From Nannocystales bacterium (GTDB lineage Bacteria; Myxococcota_A; Polyangia; Nannocystales; Nannocystaceae), in the NCBI GenBank assembly GCA_050633305.1, contig JBOEGF010000009.1, positions 62,314 to 126,313 of the forward strand: 64,000 nt of DNA. The letters are read 5' to 3'. A program made the position numbers and the translations under genes. This document shows, piece by piece, positions 1-8,821 of the stretch. The notes beneath the pieces were generated by a model. It saw nothing but the letters and a program-made list of their open reading frames with translations. It did no database searches and was not told where the DNA came from. How positions within the stretch are numbered: position 1 is the first letter of the stretch; every line of letters starts with the position of its first letter.

Positions 1-739
1 CGACCGGTGCATGGGCCGGGTCGGGTGCGCGACCCATCGACTCCACGTGCTTCACGATGGTCTCAGCGTCGAGCGGGCGGTTGGCGGTGAAGAAGAAAAA
101 CCGCTCAAAACCCGGTGCGTCGTCGAGTTCGAACGCGTGGAGCACGGCCGTCCCCCCGGACTGGAGTGCGGTGGAGTCCCCCGCCTGCGGGGGGAAGTGG
201 AGGGTCACGGCGCCGGCGCCGTCGAGGGAGACCAGCACGCCGTGCGTCCAGCCGCCCGATCGATAGGAGACCTGGACGGTGTCCCCGGGGGAAACTCTCG
301 ACTCCGAGAGAAGGGGCTCGGCCCGGGTTCCGAGTTTGCGCTCGAGCACGATCGCCGCGTCCCCCTTGATGCGCTCTGTGGCGGGCGGGTCGGCGACGGC
401 GACTTGGGTGCCGGGGACGGGGGCAGCGGGGTCGGACCCTGGTCCGAGTGTCCAAACCAACAATGCGGCGGCGGCAGCAGCCAGGCCACCGGCGGCGGCC
501 CACACCGGCCATGCGAAGCCGGCGGTGGGCTCGGGCTCCAGGGCATCGATCCGGGCTTGGATCCGTCGTGCGATGACCTCGGGCGGGTGCGCGGTCAGAA
601 GCTCCTCATTCGAGGCCTTCAATCGCTCCAAACGAGGGTCTCCGGCCGCCTCGAGACGGGCCCGGACGGAACTCGCCTGGTCCTCGGAGAGTTCGCCGAG
701 CGCGAGTTGCTCGACGAGAAGGTCGGGTACACGGGTCAT
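1..739 (-). CDS. Putative anti-sigma factor (ActD-like): N-terminal helical domain, TM helix, periplasmic DUF4384-like domain; 3' end runs off the window
   Basis: Not in the ORF track; translated by hand from ATG 739, which overlaps the sigma stop (ATGA): MTRVPDLLVEQLALGEL...WPVWAAAGGLAAAAAALLVW (TM)...ERIKGD...GDTVQVSY...SLDGAGAVTLHFP...HAFELDDAPGFERFFFF. No stop before position 1. Confidence 0.8.
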   Translation of the reverse strand, partial: MTRVPDLLVEQLALGELSEDQASSVRARLEAAGDPRLERLKASNEELLTAHPPEVIARRIQARIDALEPEPTAGFAWPVWAAAGGLAAAAAALLVWTLGPGSDPAAPVPGTQVAVADPPATERIKGDAAIVLERKLGTRAEPLLSESRVSPGDTVQVSYRSGGWTHGVLVSLDGAGAVTLHFPPQAGDSTALQSGGTAVLHAFELDDAPGFERFFFFTANRPLDAETIVKHVESMGRAPDPAHAPV

Positions 740-1221
740 GGTGCTGTGGCCTCCAACGCACCGAGGCTCGACTTGAGCTTTCGTAGTCGCTTGCGAACGC
801 CGGACACCGACATCCCGACGGCGTCGGCGGTCTGCTCGAGGGTGAGTCCGTCATGCAGGTGGAGCGCGGCGATCGTGGCGGTCGACTCGGGTTCGTCTCG
901 GAACAGGCGGCCGAGCACCGAGCGTGCGTGGCTTTGGTCGACGGCCTCGGCGGCATCGGCGATCTGCATCAGCCGATCCGTCGCAGGGTCCTGCGGACGC
1001 CGCCGGTGCGAACGGAGCCGGTTCAGGCAGACCCGAGTCGCGGTTGTGTAGAGCAGAGAGGATGTCCCGCGGTCGTGGAGCTGGTCCGCCCGTCGCACGA
1101 TCTGAACGAACACGTCTTGCATGGCATCCAACGCTTCTTCCTCATCTTTCAGGATCGTCTTGCAACGGCGGAGCACCATTGGGCCGTACTTCCGATAGAG
1201 CGATGTGACGTCCAAGGCCAC
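736..1221 (-). CDS. ECF RNA polymerase sigma-70 factor (module A)
   Basis: Region 2: LYRKYGPMVLRRC...DAMQDVFVQI...LLYTTATRVCLNRLR. Region 4 HTH: DGLTLEQTADAVGMSVSGVRKRL. Confidence 0.93.
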   Translation of the reverse strand: MALDVTSLYRKYGPMVLRRCKTILKDEEEALDAMQDVFVQIVRRADQLHDRGTSSLLYTTATRVCLNRLRSHRRRPQDPATDRLMQIADAAEAVDQSHARSVLGRLFRDEPESTATIAALHLHDGLTLEQTADAVGMSVSGVRKRLRKLKSSLGALEATAP

Positions 1222-1231
1222 GCCCGCTGAT

Positions 1232-1261
1232 TACAACACCGACGAGCCCGGCAAGTGTCCC
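1232..1261 (-). promoter_or_regulatory. Putative ECF promoter A1 (GGGACAC-N15-GTGTTGTA), autoregulatory for the sigma
   Basis: Same GACAC-N15-GTGTTG motif as 1274-1303 and 3938-3967; GTGTTG lies 12 nt before the sigma GTG. Confidence 0.7.
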
Positions 1262-1273
1262 GAGTTTTTTTGG

Positions 1274-1303
1274 GTGACACCTGGCACACGCCGCGGTGTT
1301 GAA
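1274..1303 (+). promoter_or_regulatory. Putative ECF promoter A2 (GTGACAC-N15-GTGTTGAA)
   Basis: Motif repeat with identical spacing; GTGTTG lies 10 nt before ATG 1312. Confidence 0.7.
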
Positions 1304-1311
1304 GAGCGTTG

Positions 1312-1866
1312 ATGGCCCATCGCCCCGCGGCATTCCTCTTCGAGGCGATCCTCCTGAGCCTTGCGCTCCTTGCGCTGGGGGAGCCTTGGCGCTGCCTCGC
1401 AGATCCGCAGTTCGTCGCACGCCAGCCAGCACGGGGCCTGGTCCCGCATCTCGAGATCGACCGTCGCGCGGGCGACTCGGTGAACCGGCTCCAGGTCGGG
1501 GCGCAGGTGCGGTCGGGGGACGTGGTCCAGGTGAGCTACATCGCGGCGGGGAATCGCTTCGGAGTTGTCGTCTCGGTGGATGGACGCGGGGCGGTCACGC
1601 TTCACCATCCCAGAGCTGCACATGAGGTGCCCCGGATTAAGGCGCGGGGGGAGACTCCGCTGCCCCACGCCTTCGAGCTCGACGACGCGCCGGGCTTTGA
1701 ACGCTTCTTTTTCGTGACCGGCGCACGGGTTTCACTCGATCCGAGTTCGGTGTTAGAGGCTGCGCACGCGCTGGCCGCAGATGGGATCGTTGCATCTCGG
1801 TACGAGCCGCTACCCTTACCCGCGGAACTAGGCCAGTCCTCGTTTCTGCTGCGAAAGTCCCGATGA
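1312..1866 (+). CDS. Exported DUF4384-like protein, paralog of the anti-sigma periplasmic domain
   Basis: Hydrophobic N-terminus, then GDVVQVSY...SVDGRGAVTLHHP...HAFELDDAPGFERFFFVT matching 1-739; ATGA overlap with the caspase gene. Confidence 0.8.
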   Translation: MAHRPAAFLFEAILLSLALLALGEPWRCLADPQFVARQPARGLVPHLEIDRRAGDSVNRLQVGAQVRSGDVVQVSYIAAGNRFGVVVSVDGRGAVTLHHPRAAHEVPRIKARGETPLPHAFELDDAPGFERFFFVTGARVSLDPSSVLEAAHALAADGIVASRYEPLPLPAELGQSSFLLRKSR

Positions 1867-3929
1867 ACTCCGCTTCTCCTTACCGCGTCAGAGCCTGGAT
1901 TCTGGTGGTGTTTTGGGCGGTCGCGCTTGCCGCGGCCGGGTCGTGGCCTCGCGCTGCGTGGGCGGCGAAGAAAGAAGAGACTGCGCAGGTCGGCGAGGTT
2001 CGCCGGTTCGCGCTCGTGGTTGGGGCGAACGACGGCGGGGCGGAGCGTGTGGTGCTGCGTTATGCGGTTGATGATGCGAACGCGGTTGCGAAGGTTCTCG
2101 TGGAGATCGGGGGCTTGCAAGATGGCGATCGCAGCCTGCTGCAGGACCCGACCCGCGAGAAGCTGCTCTCCGAGGTTCAGCGGCTCTCCAAGCGGATTCG
2201 GGCGGCCCGCGACAGCGGTGCCAACGTCCAGTTCTTCTTCTACTACTCGGGGCACTCGGACGAGCGCGGGTTGCTGCTGGGCTCGGAGCGGATGGAGTAC
2301 CGCGCGCTTCGAAAGGCGATCGACGCGGTGCCGGCGGATGTTCGCCTCGCGATTCTCGATTCGTGCGCGTCCGGAGCGTTCACGCGACTCAAGGGCGGGA
2401 AGAAACGTGCACCGTTTCTCGTGGGGGCCTCGGCGGATGTCAAAGGCCACGCGTTCCTGACCTCCAGCTCGGCCGACGAGACCGCGCAGGAGTCCGACCG
2501 GGTGGGAGGCTCGTATTTCACCCACTACTTCACCACGGGACTGCGCGGCGCGGCCGATGCCGATGGGGACAAGCAGGTCACCCTCAACGAGGCGTACGAG
2601 TTCGCGTTCGACGAGACGCTCGCGCAAACCGAGGCCAGCCGTGGTGGAGCGCAACACGCCGCCTACGACATCAATCTCACCGGGTCCGGTGACTTGGTGC
2701 TCACCGACCTTCGGCACAACACCGCACGACTCGAGCTCTCGTCGGAGATCGGTGGTCGGGTGTTCGTACGGCGGGCCGGAGGTGAACTCGCCGCAGAGCT
2801 GTACAAGCCTGCGGGGAGCGCAGCGGTCTTGCTCGCTTTGGAGCCGGGCCTGTATCAGGTCACTGTCGACGACGGCACCACCTTGCGCCGAGCCAACAAG
2901 GACGTTCGAGCCCGTGGGCGGGTGGTGCTGGCCGCCTCGGAAATGCGGGAGATCGAGCGCGAGACAACGACGACTCGCGGAGCGACGAAGTACGAAGAAC
3001 TCGCCTTCGACATCGGGGCGTTCCCGCCGCTCTCCCTCAACGGGCAGCTCGCGAAGACGAAGAACATCCGGGATACTGAGATTCGCAACACGGCGTCGAT
3101 CTCGCTGCTGTGGGGGCGCAGCGGGGCGGTCCACGGCGTCGCGATGTCGCTGGGCGGCTCTCACGTCCGCGACCGGGTCGAGGGGGCCCAGCTGTCGTTG
3201 TTGGCCAACATCGCGCCGGGCAAGGTCGACGGCGCACAGCTGAGCTACGGGGCCAACATCGCCGGGTCGATGCGCGGGGCCCAGCTGTCCGTCTACAACC
3301 ACGCCAACTCCATGCTTGGTGGGCAGGTCGGTGTCGTGAACTTCGGCCGTGACCTCCGCGGGGCGCAGGTTGGGCTGTTCAACGTTGGCCGCCAGGTGAA
3401 CGGTCTCCAGGTGGGTCTGTTCGCGTTTGCGGACTCGGCGGATGCCCAGGTCGCGCTGTTTTCGGGCACCCGGGAGTTTGGTGTCCGCCCCAGCATCTCA
3501 ACGAGTGACACGGGGCTGGTCGAAGTCGCACTGCGGTTCCCCGCGAAGCGGACCTACTCGGAAATGATCATGGGCCTGCACCCCATGGGCACCGGGGAAG
3601 CGTGGACGTTTGGCTTGGCGTTTGGTGTGCACAATCCGCTCGCTCATCGACTGTTCCTCGACGTGGACCTGGCGTCCCTCGGTGTGGTCAATGGGGTCGG
3701 GTTCCGCGTGCCGCTGGGCGTGATGTCCAAGCTCCGAGTCATGGTGGGGTGGCAGCCCTACGACCGACTCTCCGTGTTCGGCGGCCCGACGGTCTCGTTC
3801 ATGGCCGACCGGATCGATGGCACCACGCGGGACACCGTGCGCCCCGGATATGGCTGGGCCAACACCGTCCACGAAGGCAGCTTCCGTGCTCGCATGTGGC
3901 CGGGCTTCATCGCGGGACTGCGTTTCTGA
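1863..3929 (+). CDS. Exported caspase-family (peptidase C14) protease fused to GAQ/N repeats (LA_2272-like) and a C-terminal beta-barrel
   Basis: Signal peptide ending AAWA; RRFALVVGAN, LRYAVDDA, YYSGHS (His), ILDSCASG (Cys), GSYFTH; repeats GAQLS..N/GAQVG..N; C-terminus GFIAGLRF. Confidence 0.9.
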   Translation: MNSASPYRVRAWILVVFWAVALAAAGSWPRAAWAAKKEETAQVGEVRRFALVVGANDGGAERVVLRYAVDDANAVAKVLVEIGGLQDGDRSLLQDPTREKLLSEVQRLSKRIRAARDSGANVQFFFYYSGHSDERGLLLGSERMEYRALRKAIDAVPADVRLAILDSCASGAFTRLKGGKKRAPFLVGASADVKGHAFLTSSSADETAQESDRVGGSYFTHYFTTGLRGAADADGDKQVTLNEAYEFAFDETLAQTEASRGGAQHAAYDINLTGSGDLVLTDLRHNTARLELSSEIGGRVFVRRAGGELAAELYKPAGSAAVLLALEPGLYQVTVDDGTTLRRANKDVRARGRVVLAASEMREIERETTTTRGATKYEELAFDIGAFPPLSLNGQLAKTKNIRDTEIRNTASISLLWGRSGAVHGVAMSLGGSHVRDRVEGAQLSLLANIAPGKVDGAQLSYGANIAGSMRGAQLSVYNHANSMLGGQVGVVNFGRDLRGAQVGLFNVGRQVNGLQVGLFAFADSADAQVALFSGTREFGVRPSISTSDTGLVEVALRFPAKRTYSEMIMGLHPMGTGEAWTFGLAFGVHNPLAHRLFLDVDLASLGVVNGVGFRVPLGVMSKLRVMVGWQPYDRLSVFGGPTVSFMADRIDGTTRDTVRPGYGWANTVHEGSFRARMWPGFIAGLRF

Positions 3930-3937
3930 TCGGCGGG

Positions 3938-3967
3938 GTGACACCCCGCCCGTGCCACGGTGTTGAA
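3938..3967 (+). promoter_or_regulatory. Putative ECF promoter A3 (GTGACAC-N15-GTGTTGAA)
   Basis: Third motif copy; GTGTTG lies 9 nt before ATG 3975; overlaps the inverted repeat at 3932-3950. Confidence 0.7.
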
Positions 3968-3974
3968 CTCTACG

Positions 3975-5222
3975 ATGGCCAACGCGACCCTCCTTCTCGC
4001 TTCGTTCCTCGCCGCTCCTGTCGCTCCGTCCCCGGCCGCGCCACCTGCGGCGGAAGCTCCGGTGGCCGCGCCCGCACCCGCGCCCGCACCTGCCCCCACT
4101 GCCGAGGTCGCTGCGCCCGAGACCGCCCCCGAGGGCGAGTCGCCTGTGGAACAAGACGCTTCGAGTGGAGCTGCGGAGGCGCCCGAGGAGGCGCCCGAAT
4201 CGGCAGAACAGGTGGCTGACCCACCACCGGTCGAAGAGGCGGGGGATGAGACCGAGGCCGGCACCGCGCCGGAACCCAGCACCGACGCGGCCACCCCCGA
4301 GGCCTCCGAGTACAAGGACGTCCCGTTCAACATTGGGTTGTTTCCGTCGGTCTCACTCAACGCCAAGCACAAGGGCGAGCGAGTCCGAAACAACGTGTCG
4401 CTCGGCCTGCTGTGGACCCGTGCGGCCCGCGTCGAGGGGCTGACCGCGGCGGGCGGGATCACGGTCGTGACCGAGTCCATGGAAGGCGTCGCTGCGGGGC
4501 AGTTCGGGAACATCAACCGTGGCGAGATGGAAGGCGTGCAGGCCTCGTTGTTCTTCAACACGGCCCAAGACCTGCGCGGGGTCCAGGCGAGCCACGGATT
4601 CAACTGGGCCACAGAGGTCCGAGGCGCCCAGTTCGGGATGGTCAACGCCGCGGGAACGGTTCGCGGGGTGCAGTTCGGCCTGGTCAACGTCGCCGATGAA
4701 GCCGACGCCTCCTTCGCGCTGATCCCCGTCACGCGAAAAGGGGGCTTTCATCCCGAGGTCTTCACCAGCGACACCGCGATGATCAACCTCGGGTTTCGCC
4801 TTCCGGCCAAGTACACGTACATGTTCGCCTCCGTTGGGCTGCAGCCCCTGGGACGCCTCGAGGATGGTCGTCTGTCGACCTCCGAGGGCGCCGGGCGAGC
4901 CTGGGAAGCTGGGCTGGGTTGGGGCGGCCACATCCCCATGGGCAAGCGGCTCTCGATGGACCTCGACCTGGGCGGCTTCATCGTCACGGACTCCCTGCAA
5001 TGGGCCGGTCCGGTGGGAAGCATGAGTCGCTTTCGCATGCTGCTGAACTACAGCTTCGCCGACCGGTTTACGGTGTGGGGAGGCCCCACGCTCACCGCGT
5101 TGGTCGACGATGCGGACCGCGGGATCGACCGACCCGGCTACGGCTGGGTCTCGGGTCGGTACGAAGACCACGACGTCCGGGTCCGGGTGTGGCCCGGCTT
5201 CGCTGCCGGCGTGCGGTTTTAG
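3975..5222 (+). CDS. Exported Pro/Ala/Glu-linker protein with LA_2272-like repeats and C-terminal beta-barrel; paralog of the caspase C-terminal half
   Basis: YKDVPFNIGLFPSVSLN vs YEELAFDIGAFPPLSLN; WGGPTL..RPGYGW..WPGFAAGVRF vs FGGPTV..RPGYGW..WPGFIAGLRF. ATG 3975 preferred over GTG 3960, which lies inside the promoter motif. Confidence 0.85.
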   Translation: MANATLLLASFLAAPVAPSPAAPPAAEAPVAAPAPAPAPAPTAEVAAPETAPEGESPVEQDASSGAAEAPEEAPESAEQVADPPPVEEAGDETEAGTAPEPSTDAATPEASEYKDVPFNIGLFPSVSLNAKHKGERVRNNVSLGLLWTRAARVEGLTAAGGITVVTESMEGVAAGQFGNINRGEMEGVQASLFFNTAQDLRGVQASHGFNWATEVRGAQFGMVNAAGTVRGVQFGLVNVADEADASFALIPVTRKGGFHPEVFTSDTAMINLGFRLPAKYTYMFASVGLQPLGRLEDGRLSTSEGAGRAWEAGLGWGGHIPMGKRLSMDLDLGGFIVTDSLQWAGPVGSMSRFRMLLNYSFADRFTVWGGPTLTALVDDADRGIDRPGYGWVSGRYEDHDVRVRVWPGFAAGVRF

Positions 5223-5226
5223 GACC

Positions 5227-8200
5227 TCACGCGTCCTCTTCTTCAGCCTCTTCGCCCCGGCGGGGCAGGGGGGCGAGGAGGGTCTCGACGTCTTCCTCGG
5301 ACAGGCTGAATCCGGTGCGACCGGCGGTTCGACCCGCGTCGGCCTGGACCGCCTGAGCCAAGGCTCTTTTGTGCTCTTGCAGCGAGAGGATTCGTTCCTC
5401 GACGCTGCCCTCGCAGACCAGCCGGTAGACGGTGACGGGGCGCTCCTGACCGATGCGGTGCGTCCGGTCGATGGCCTGCTGCTCGACCGCAGGGTTCCAC
5501 CAGGGGTCGTAGAGGATGACCGTGTCCGCGGCGGTCAGGTTCAACCCGGTACCGCCGGCCTTGAGCGAGACGAGCATGAGCGGGACCTCTTTGGCCTGGA
5601 AGCGATCGACGAGCGGCTGGCGCTTGCGGGTCCGACCCGTGAGCATCAAGTGAGGCTGCGCCTTGGCGTCCAGACGGGCCGCGATGAGGTCGAGCATTTT
5701 GGTGAACTGAGAGAACACCAGCACCCGGTGACCCGACGCGAGCAGCGGCTCGAGCAAGGACATGAGCTCTTCGATCTTGGACCCTTGTTCCGGCGGATCG
5801 TCGATTCGCGGGGCGAGACGGGCGTCGCAGCAGATCTGACGCAGTCGCAGCAACGCCTCGAGGACCACGATGCGGCTGAGGCCCAGGCCCTTGGCCCGAA
5901 GCGCTTGGCGAACCTCGTCGCTGACGACGCGGCGAACGGACTCGTAGATCTCGCGCTCGCGGGGACTGAGCACGACGCTGCGGACCACCTCGGTCTTGGG
6001 CGGAAGCTCCTCGAGCACCGCGTCCTTGGTACGCCGCAGCAGGAAGGGGGCGACTCGTCGGCGTAGGCCCCCAACAGCATCAGCCGCGCCACGTTCGGCG
6101 GGGCGCGCATAGGCCCGGCTGAACTGGGCCTGCGAGCCGAGCAATCCCGGAGCGACGAAGCGGAAGATCGACCACAGCTCGAGCAGGCTGTTTTCGATCG
6201 GCGTACCGGTGAGCGCGAGGCGCTGCCGGGTGCGAATCGCTCGGGTGGCGCCTGCGATCTTGGCGCGGGGGTTCTTGATCGCCTGGGCCTCGTCGAGCGC
6301 GACCACGTGGTACTGCGTCTCGCGAAGAATGTCGTCGCGCAGCAGGGTCGCGTAGCTTGTCAGCACCACGTCGAACTCGTGGATGCGGTCGACGGTCTCG
6401 GCACGATCGGGGCCGTGGGCCATGCCAACACGCAGCTGAGGGGTGAACAGGGCGGCTTGTTGGGCCCAAGTCCCGAGCACACTGACCGGTGCGACGACCA
6501 GGCATGGACGGTCGAGGCGGCCGGACTCGCGCTCGGCGAGCAGGTGCGCGAGCACCTGAACGGTCTTTCCCAGACCCATGTCATCGGCGAGGACCCCACC
6601 GCAGTGGGTGCGCCGCAGCAGCTGAATCCAGGCCAGGCCGACACGCTGGTAGTCCCGTAGCTCGCCGCGGAAACCCTCGGGGATCTCGGCGTCGTCTGGA
6701 CCGACACCGTCGACGAGTGTCTGGCCGAGTGTGGCGAGGGCGTCGTTGCCCTGCCAGCGATCGACGTCCAGCTGAGCCAGCCAGGCGGCGTCGTAGGTGG
6801 ATGCGCGCAGACGCAGGTTGGGTCCGCCGCGCGCGTCCGTCATGGACACGAGGCCGTCGAGCAAGCGCTGAACCTTTTCGGCGGGAACCCGCAGCAGGGT
6901 GCCGTCATCCAGACGCAGCGTGACCGAGGCGCCCACGACGATGCGATCGTGTTGCAGGCGTCCGGCTCCGATCGCGTCGAGGAGAACCGGGAGGAGGTTG
7001 ACCCGGCGCGGCCCATCGGGCCCCTCGACGTCGACACCCAGCTCGAAGGAAAACCAGCCCTCGGGGTCCGGATCCTCGTCGATGTCGACGTACCAAGCTG
7101 AGGGCTCGGTTGGGGCGAGGGCCTCGGGGGCGGAACCGGTGCGTTGCCAGCCCCGAGACTCGAGCACGGGCAGGATGTCGAGCAAGGTGAGCCAGCCGTC
7201 CGCATCGAGGGCGGCAGAACCGTCGCTCGCGGGCGCGGGCAGGCCGAGGTCTTCCCACGAACTCAGGGCGAAGCGCTCGGCCTCGGAGTCGCGCGGGCTG
7301 ACGCGGAGAACGGAGCCATCCCACGCGCAGATGTCTGTGGCGCCGCCTTGAAGCGGGACCGAGACCTCGCCGTAGCGAAATGCGATGACCGGACATCCGT
7401 CGCTGTGGCTGTCGGGGAGGTGCAACACCGGGGTGAGCCGTGTGAAGCCCGATTCGACGGTTCCCAGCAGTGGGATGGGTAGGCCGAGCGCTTCGACGCG
7501 CGCCCGGAGGTCATCCCCGGGGTCGACGTCGATGGGGATGTCCGCCGACTGGTACACGGCACGGAGGCGGCGCAGGGGGAGCGCGGTCTCCATGAGGCCG
7601 CACGCGCCGCTCGCCGGATCGACCCAGACCGGGGCGTCGAGAGGAAGCGCGACGTGCTCGGGGTTTTGGGCGGTGAGCCGCAGGTGCTGGGTGCCATCGG
7701 GGGCGGGGTGCCAGCGGGTCTGGCTGGTCTCGGGAGCCTCGGTCCAGCGTAGCGGTGGCCCTCCCCAGCGTTGCCATCGGACACGCCCGGTTTCGACGAA
7801 CCGCCGAAACAGAGCGGTCGCGCCCTCGCCCGGCGGGAGCGTCTCGTCGTCCTTGGGGGCGAGCGTGCGCAGGGCGTGCCACAGGTCGAGGTCTTCGCGC
7901 AGGACTCCGGCGGGGATGACGGTTTGCGCGGAGCTGACGACCAGCCGAGCGGTCCTGGGCTTGCTGCGGCCGTCCTCCCGGAGGGGCCCGACACGTGGGG
8001 CGATGCGAACGCGCCATCCGCCCTCGCGCTGAAGCCCGATCACGTACCGAACCTCTCGCCCGGCAGGTTCGGGCAGCTCGGGAACCGGCAGCCGAGGCAG
8101 GATGCGGGTCTGCCCGTCGGTCGTCTCGGCCTCTGCCTGTGCGAGCCAGTCGATCAGGGCCTTGCGGGTCGCGACCTCCTTGGCGAGCGAGGCGTCGGCG

Positions 8201-8469
8201 AGGGTGTGGAGTGCTGCCGCGAGGTGGCGGCAGTCGTAGCGGGTGTCGCAGGAGCACTGGCCGTGGACAGCGGTGCGTGCGAGCTGGAACTCGACCGTGT
8301 GCGTGCGCTTGATCCCGACTTTGGCCGTGTACCAGCCGCGCATGCCGTCCGCCTCGACGCAGGACACGACAGCGCCACCCTTGGCGTCCTCGAGCCCGCG
8401 TTGCCAAACGACGGGCTCGAACTGGCGCGATAGGGAGTCGAGGTCGAGTTCGATTTCGATTTCACTCAT
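5227..8469 (-). CDS. SWIM zinc finger / SNF2-family helicase-ATPase
   Basis: CSCDTRYDCRH (SWIM); LADDMGLGKT, DEAQAIKN, ALTGTPIEN, VFSQF, AGGTGLNL, DPWWNP, QAIDRTHRIGQ. Confidence 0.95.
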   Translation of the reverse strand: MSEIEIELDLDSLSRQFEPVVWQRGLEDAKGGAVVSCVEADGMRGWYTAKVGIKRTHTVEFQLARTAVHGQCSCDTRYDCRHLAAALHTLADASLAKEVATRKALIDWLAQAEAETTDGQTRILPRLPVPELPEPAGREVRYVIGLQREGGWRVRIAPRVGPLREDGRSKPRTARLVVSSAQTVIPAGVLREDLDLWHALRTLAPKDDETLPPGEGATALFRRFVETGRVRWQRWGGPPLRWTEAPETSQTRWHPAPDGTQHLRLTAQNPEHVALPLDAPVWVDPASGACGLMETALPLRRLRAVYQSADIPIDVDPGDDLRARVEALGLPIPLLGTVESGFTRLTPVLHLPDSHSDGCPVIAFRYGEVSVPLQGGATDICAWDGSVLRVSPRDSEAERFALSSWEDLGLPAPASDGSAALDADGWLTLLDILPVLESRGWQRTGSAPEALAPTEPSAWYVDIDEDPDPEGWFSFELGVDVEGPDGPRRVNLLPVLLDAIGAGRLQHDRIVVGASVTLRLDDGTLLRVPAEKVQRLLDGLVSMTDARGGPNLRLRASTYDAAWLAQLDVDRWQGNDALATLGQTLVDGVGPDDAEIPEGFRGELRDYQRVGLAWIQLLRRTHCGGVLADDMGLGKTVQVLAHLLAERESGRLDRPCLVVAPVSVLGTWAQQAALFTPQLRVGMAHGPDRAETVDRIHEFDVVLTSYATLLRDDILRETQYHVVALDEAQAIKNPRAKIAGATRAIRTRQRLALTGTPIENSLLELWSIFRFVAPGLLGSQAQFSRAYARPAERGAADAVGGLRRRVAPFLLRRTKDAVLEELPPKTEVVRSVVLSPREREIYESVRRVVSDEVRQALRAKGLGLSRIVVLEALLRLRQICCDARLAPRIDDPPEQGSKIEELMSLLEPLLASGHRVLVFSQFTKMLDLIAARLDAKAQPHLMLTGRTRKRQPLVDRFQAKEVPLMLVSLKAGGTGLNLTAADTVILYDPWWNPAVEQQAIDRTHRIGQERPVTVYRLVCEGSVEERILSLQEHKRALAQAVQADAGRTAGRTGFSLSEEDVETLLAPLPRRGEEAEEEDA

Positions 8470-8821
8470 GCGGTGCGTTCAGCCGCGGTCCGAGGCGCGG
8501 TGGCATTCGCAGCCGGCGAGGCCGGGCAAATGCTGGTCGCGAGAATTTCGGCAAGCTGTGGACCCCGACACGTCTGTGCGTGTTGAAGCCGAGACCGTTC
8601 CCGGCCCGGAGGGGGCGGATGGCTCGGAGTGTTCGCCGGGGTTTTCGGTCACGAGGCGGGAGGATACCGCGTACGGAGGGTTCTAGCAGCCTGTGGTGAA
8701 ACCCGCGGCCGGGTCTCGCGTTGGATGCCGCGCGCTCGCGGCGGAGCCTGAGCAGCCCGCGGAGCGAGGGCCCGGGCGAACCACGTCGATCGCGAGAAAC
8801 GCGGCGTTGGGTTTGGCGACC

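Noticed and set aside
5227..8469. SNF2 helicase as part of an anti-phage system with the caspase
   Set aside because: Convergent orientation, ordinary SWIM-SNF2 architecture, no methylase or nuclease partners, and the caspase is exported.
8558..8588. GGACCC-N14-GTGTTGAA resembling the module A motif
   Set aside because: Mismatch in the -35 half, spacer one base short and no plus-strand gene downstream.
8480..8653. Possible 57-codon minus-strand uORF (MTENPGEH...) upstream of the SNF2 gene; coordinates approximate
   Set aside because: Composition unconvincing and no recognisable motif; cannot be supported.
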